Below, in pieces: positions 61,324 to 64,000 of a DNA stretch of 64,000 nucleotides (its first letter is position 1; every line of letters begins with the position of its first letter). The notes under the pieces are model-generated. The model made no database searches. It was not told the DNA's origin and saw only the letters and a list, made by a program, of their open reading frames with translations. The translations under genes were made by a program, and so were the position numbers. Source of the DNA: Tricharina praecox (Eukaryota); NCBI RefSeq assembly GCF_024521635.1, contig NW_026250423.1, forward strand, positions 496,001-560,000, read 5' to 3'.

Positions 61324-64000
61324 ATGGGCAGACGAAAGACTTTTCTGGACGAGTACGCATCCGACTCCGACAGCGGCAGCGGCGACGAAGACGAGGTCCT
61401 TCTCCCCGGCGCGACCCAGGACGAACAAGATGAAGCAAATCAATTTGCCGGTCGCGGTGGCCACCGACACAAACGGCGACGGACGGGGAAGGAAGCGCGA
61501 GAGGCGGTGGCACTCGGAGTGTTTGGCAGTGAGAGTGAGGATGAGAGGCCCGGAAGGGGCGGCGCGTGGAAATCGAAGAATTTAAGAAGTCGTGGAATGG
61601 GCTTCGTTAGTGCTGGGCAGAACGTTGAGGAGGAGGATGATGATGAGGAGATTGACTATGAAGAGGAGGCGAGAGTGAAGACTAGTAGCGGGCTGGGGTT
61701 TTCGGGGGCAAAAGCTACGGAGGAAGAAGAGGAAGAGGAAGAGGACGAGCGACCGACGTTGGGACTGGGTGCCAGAGGGAATCATTTTGTGCCCCCGAGC
61801 TTCCAACCGGCGGCGACGCAGGATGAAGACATGATGGAAGAAGACTATTTCGTACCACAGGACCGACCACGGCTCGGTCTGGGCGGCCGCGCATTCAGCA
61901 AGCATAACAGAGGTCTCGATGCCGGTGCGGGATCTAGCGGCGAATCGGCGGCGGCTTCGGGAACCTCTACCCCTCGGTCCATCGACGCGCACTCGGGTCT
62001 AGGCTTCCGGCCGGGTGCTTCCACGCCCGAAGCTACCAGTAGCACACTACAGAACCCGGCGCCTTTCGGTAGAGGATTCGTTTCCTCCTCAGCAGCAGCA
62101 CGGGCTGCGACTCCTAAGTTCAATCCAGCAGCGCCATCTTACGAAGCACCCCCTGTTGTACGCCCTAGCGCGTTTGGCACACCAGATCCAACCGGACGGA
62201 AGAGCAAAGGCAAAGGTCGTGGAAATGACTCCGATGGGATACTCGCTGTGAATCCTAACAGTTTTGCCGCAAGGATGATGGCAAAGATGGGCTACAAGAC
62301 GGGGGAAGGTCTCGGAAAGGCCGGTCAGGGTCGACTCGAGCCGGTAGCACCCAAAGTGAGACCTCAGGGTGTTGGTGTCGGTGCGGTCAGGGAAATGTCA
62401 GAGCAGGAGAAGAAAGAGGCTCGGAGGGCAGCTCTTCTGCGAGGAGAGATCTTGTCGGACAGCGAGGAAGAGAAGAAGAAGGCACGGAGGAAGAAGCATG
62501 CTGGGTCTACCGAAACCACACCCAGCTCGACACCGTTGAGGATCAGGAAGGAGAAGACGAGGTTTAAGACGGCAGAAGAGATTTCGGCGAGTGTTGAGGG
62601 CTTGGAGATTCCATCATCGCTGAAAAACATCATCGATTTCACCGGCAAAGAGCAGAAGCTTTTGTCGTCGGCTACTGGACTCATGGTGCAGGCGCCGTCG
62701 ATGGACGACGAGAACACGAAACTCGCAAAGATGGCAAGGAGAGACTTGGAAAGCTTCGCAGGGGAGTGGAAGGGACTACAAGATCGAAAAGCATTCATCG
62801 ATAAGGAGGAATCGCGACTTGGTGCTGAGATTGATGCGCAGGTTGCCGAGTTGAAACGGCTGGACGACATGGTCAACATTGCGAAGACACTGCAAGCCTT
62901 GTCGCTGCAGCGAACAGCCGGGTCCGAGGCTATAGAGGCACTTGTGGTTCAGCTTGAAATGCTACAGGTAGAGTTCAAGAACGAGATTGAAAGTCACGAC
63001 TTGTCCGACCTAGCTGTTTCCGCGTTGCATCCATTGGTACGTTCATTCTTTCCATTCCCCTATCTAATCCAATACTAACTGTTTTGCAGTTCAAAGCAGA
63101 GCTAGCAGATTGGCAACCTCTCAAGGATCCTTTCATGTATCGAGACTATTTCCGCCGTTTAAGCAGAGTCTTTGCTATCCGTTCGAGAGAAGATCTTGAA
63201 TACGAGTATTCCAAGAACGGGTTTATTGAACGCAGCAAATACGCAACACCATACGAGAGCATGATTTTGACTCTGTGGCTCCCTAAAGTGCGTGCAGTCA
63301 TCAACAACGAGTGGGATGTCCACAAGCCGGCACCGGTCATATCCCTCCTCGATATTTGGAGTTCTGTAATCCCATCTTACATACAGTCCAACATCCTCGG
63401 CCAGATCATCTTCCCGAAACTCCGCGCTGCCGTGACCGCATGGAATCCCCGTCTCCAAAAGAAGAAACGAACACCGCCTCCCCACATCTGGGTGTTTCAA
63501 TGGCTGCCATATCTAGGTGGGCACAACATGGACGAGATCCTCCGTGAAATGCGCACCAAATTTGGCGTGATCCTCGACACATGGGATCTTTCTCGCGGCA
63601 CAATCGAAGGTCTTGAAGCGTGGAAGGAAGTCTTCGGCACGGACAAGCTGGAGCAAATCCTAATCCGCCACCTCCTACCACGCCTCGCCGTGCGCCTTCG
63701 CGCCGACTTCGAAATAAACCCCGCCGACCAGATCCTCCAGCCACTCGAAGACGTCTTTAAATGGTCCGACTTCTTCAAACCTTCCACCCTCGGCCGCCTC
63801 ATGGACGCAGAATTTTTCCCGAAGTGGCTATCCATCCTACACCAGTGGCTCACCGCCGACCCGGTCTTTACCGAAGTTCAGCAGTGGTACCTCTTCTGGC
63901 AGGATGTCTTCCCTGCGGACGTCCGCGCTTCTCCCGCTGTCATTGAAGGCTTCCGGAAAGGACTAGACATGGTGAACGATGCTCTTGACCTTGGCGACCG
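61324..64000 (+). CDS. G-patch / GCFC-domain spliceosome disassembly factor, TFIP11/Ntr1/Spp382-like (3' truncated by window end)
   Basis: N-terminal EAVALGVFGSESEDE, G-patch SFAARMMAKMGYKTGEGLGKAGQGRLEPV...GVGVG, intron 63037-63089, then TPYESMILTLWLPKVR, QIIFPKL...WNP, PHIWVFQWLP, RHLLPRL, EINPADQ, FFPKWLSILHQWL...EVQQWYLFW. Confidence 0.93.

Overview
Eukaryotic, intron-rich fungal genomic DNA. Introns are short GT-AG with CTAAC/CTGAC branch points; gene content and style suggest a filamentous ascomycete, possibly a Pezizomycete (inference only). Well-supported genes, with exons reconstructed by hand: an atypical Rho-like GTPase, the ergothioneine biosynthesis gene egt1, a Zn2Cys6 transcription factor behind a ~7.5 kb microsatellite-rich intergenic region, a DUF92/TMEM19 membrane protein, a hot-dog-fold thioesterase, an MFS sugar porter, a Cys-motif/Ser-Thr-rich single-pass membrane protein, an intact 9-exon NACHT-ankyrin NLR with 25 near-identical 99-bp repeats, cactin, and a G-patch TFIP11/Ntr1-like gene running off the window end. 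Accessory content: two non-autonomous DNA transposons (a TA-flanked MITE and a hAT-type element with an 8-bp TSD), a frameshifted kinase pseudogene, several gene relics, and a ~1.5 kb segment duplicated 17 kb apart. That duplicate is the most novel-looking signal: each copy carries an unrecognised 90-aa ORF with many amino-acid changes but no indels, behind an almost identical TATA-containing promoter tract. No rRNA, tRNA or CRISPR array was found by eye.
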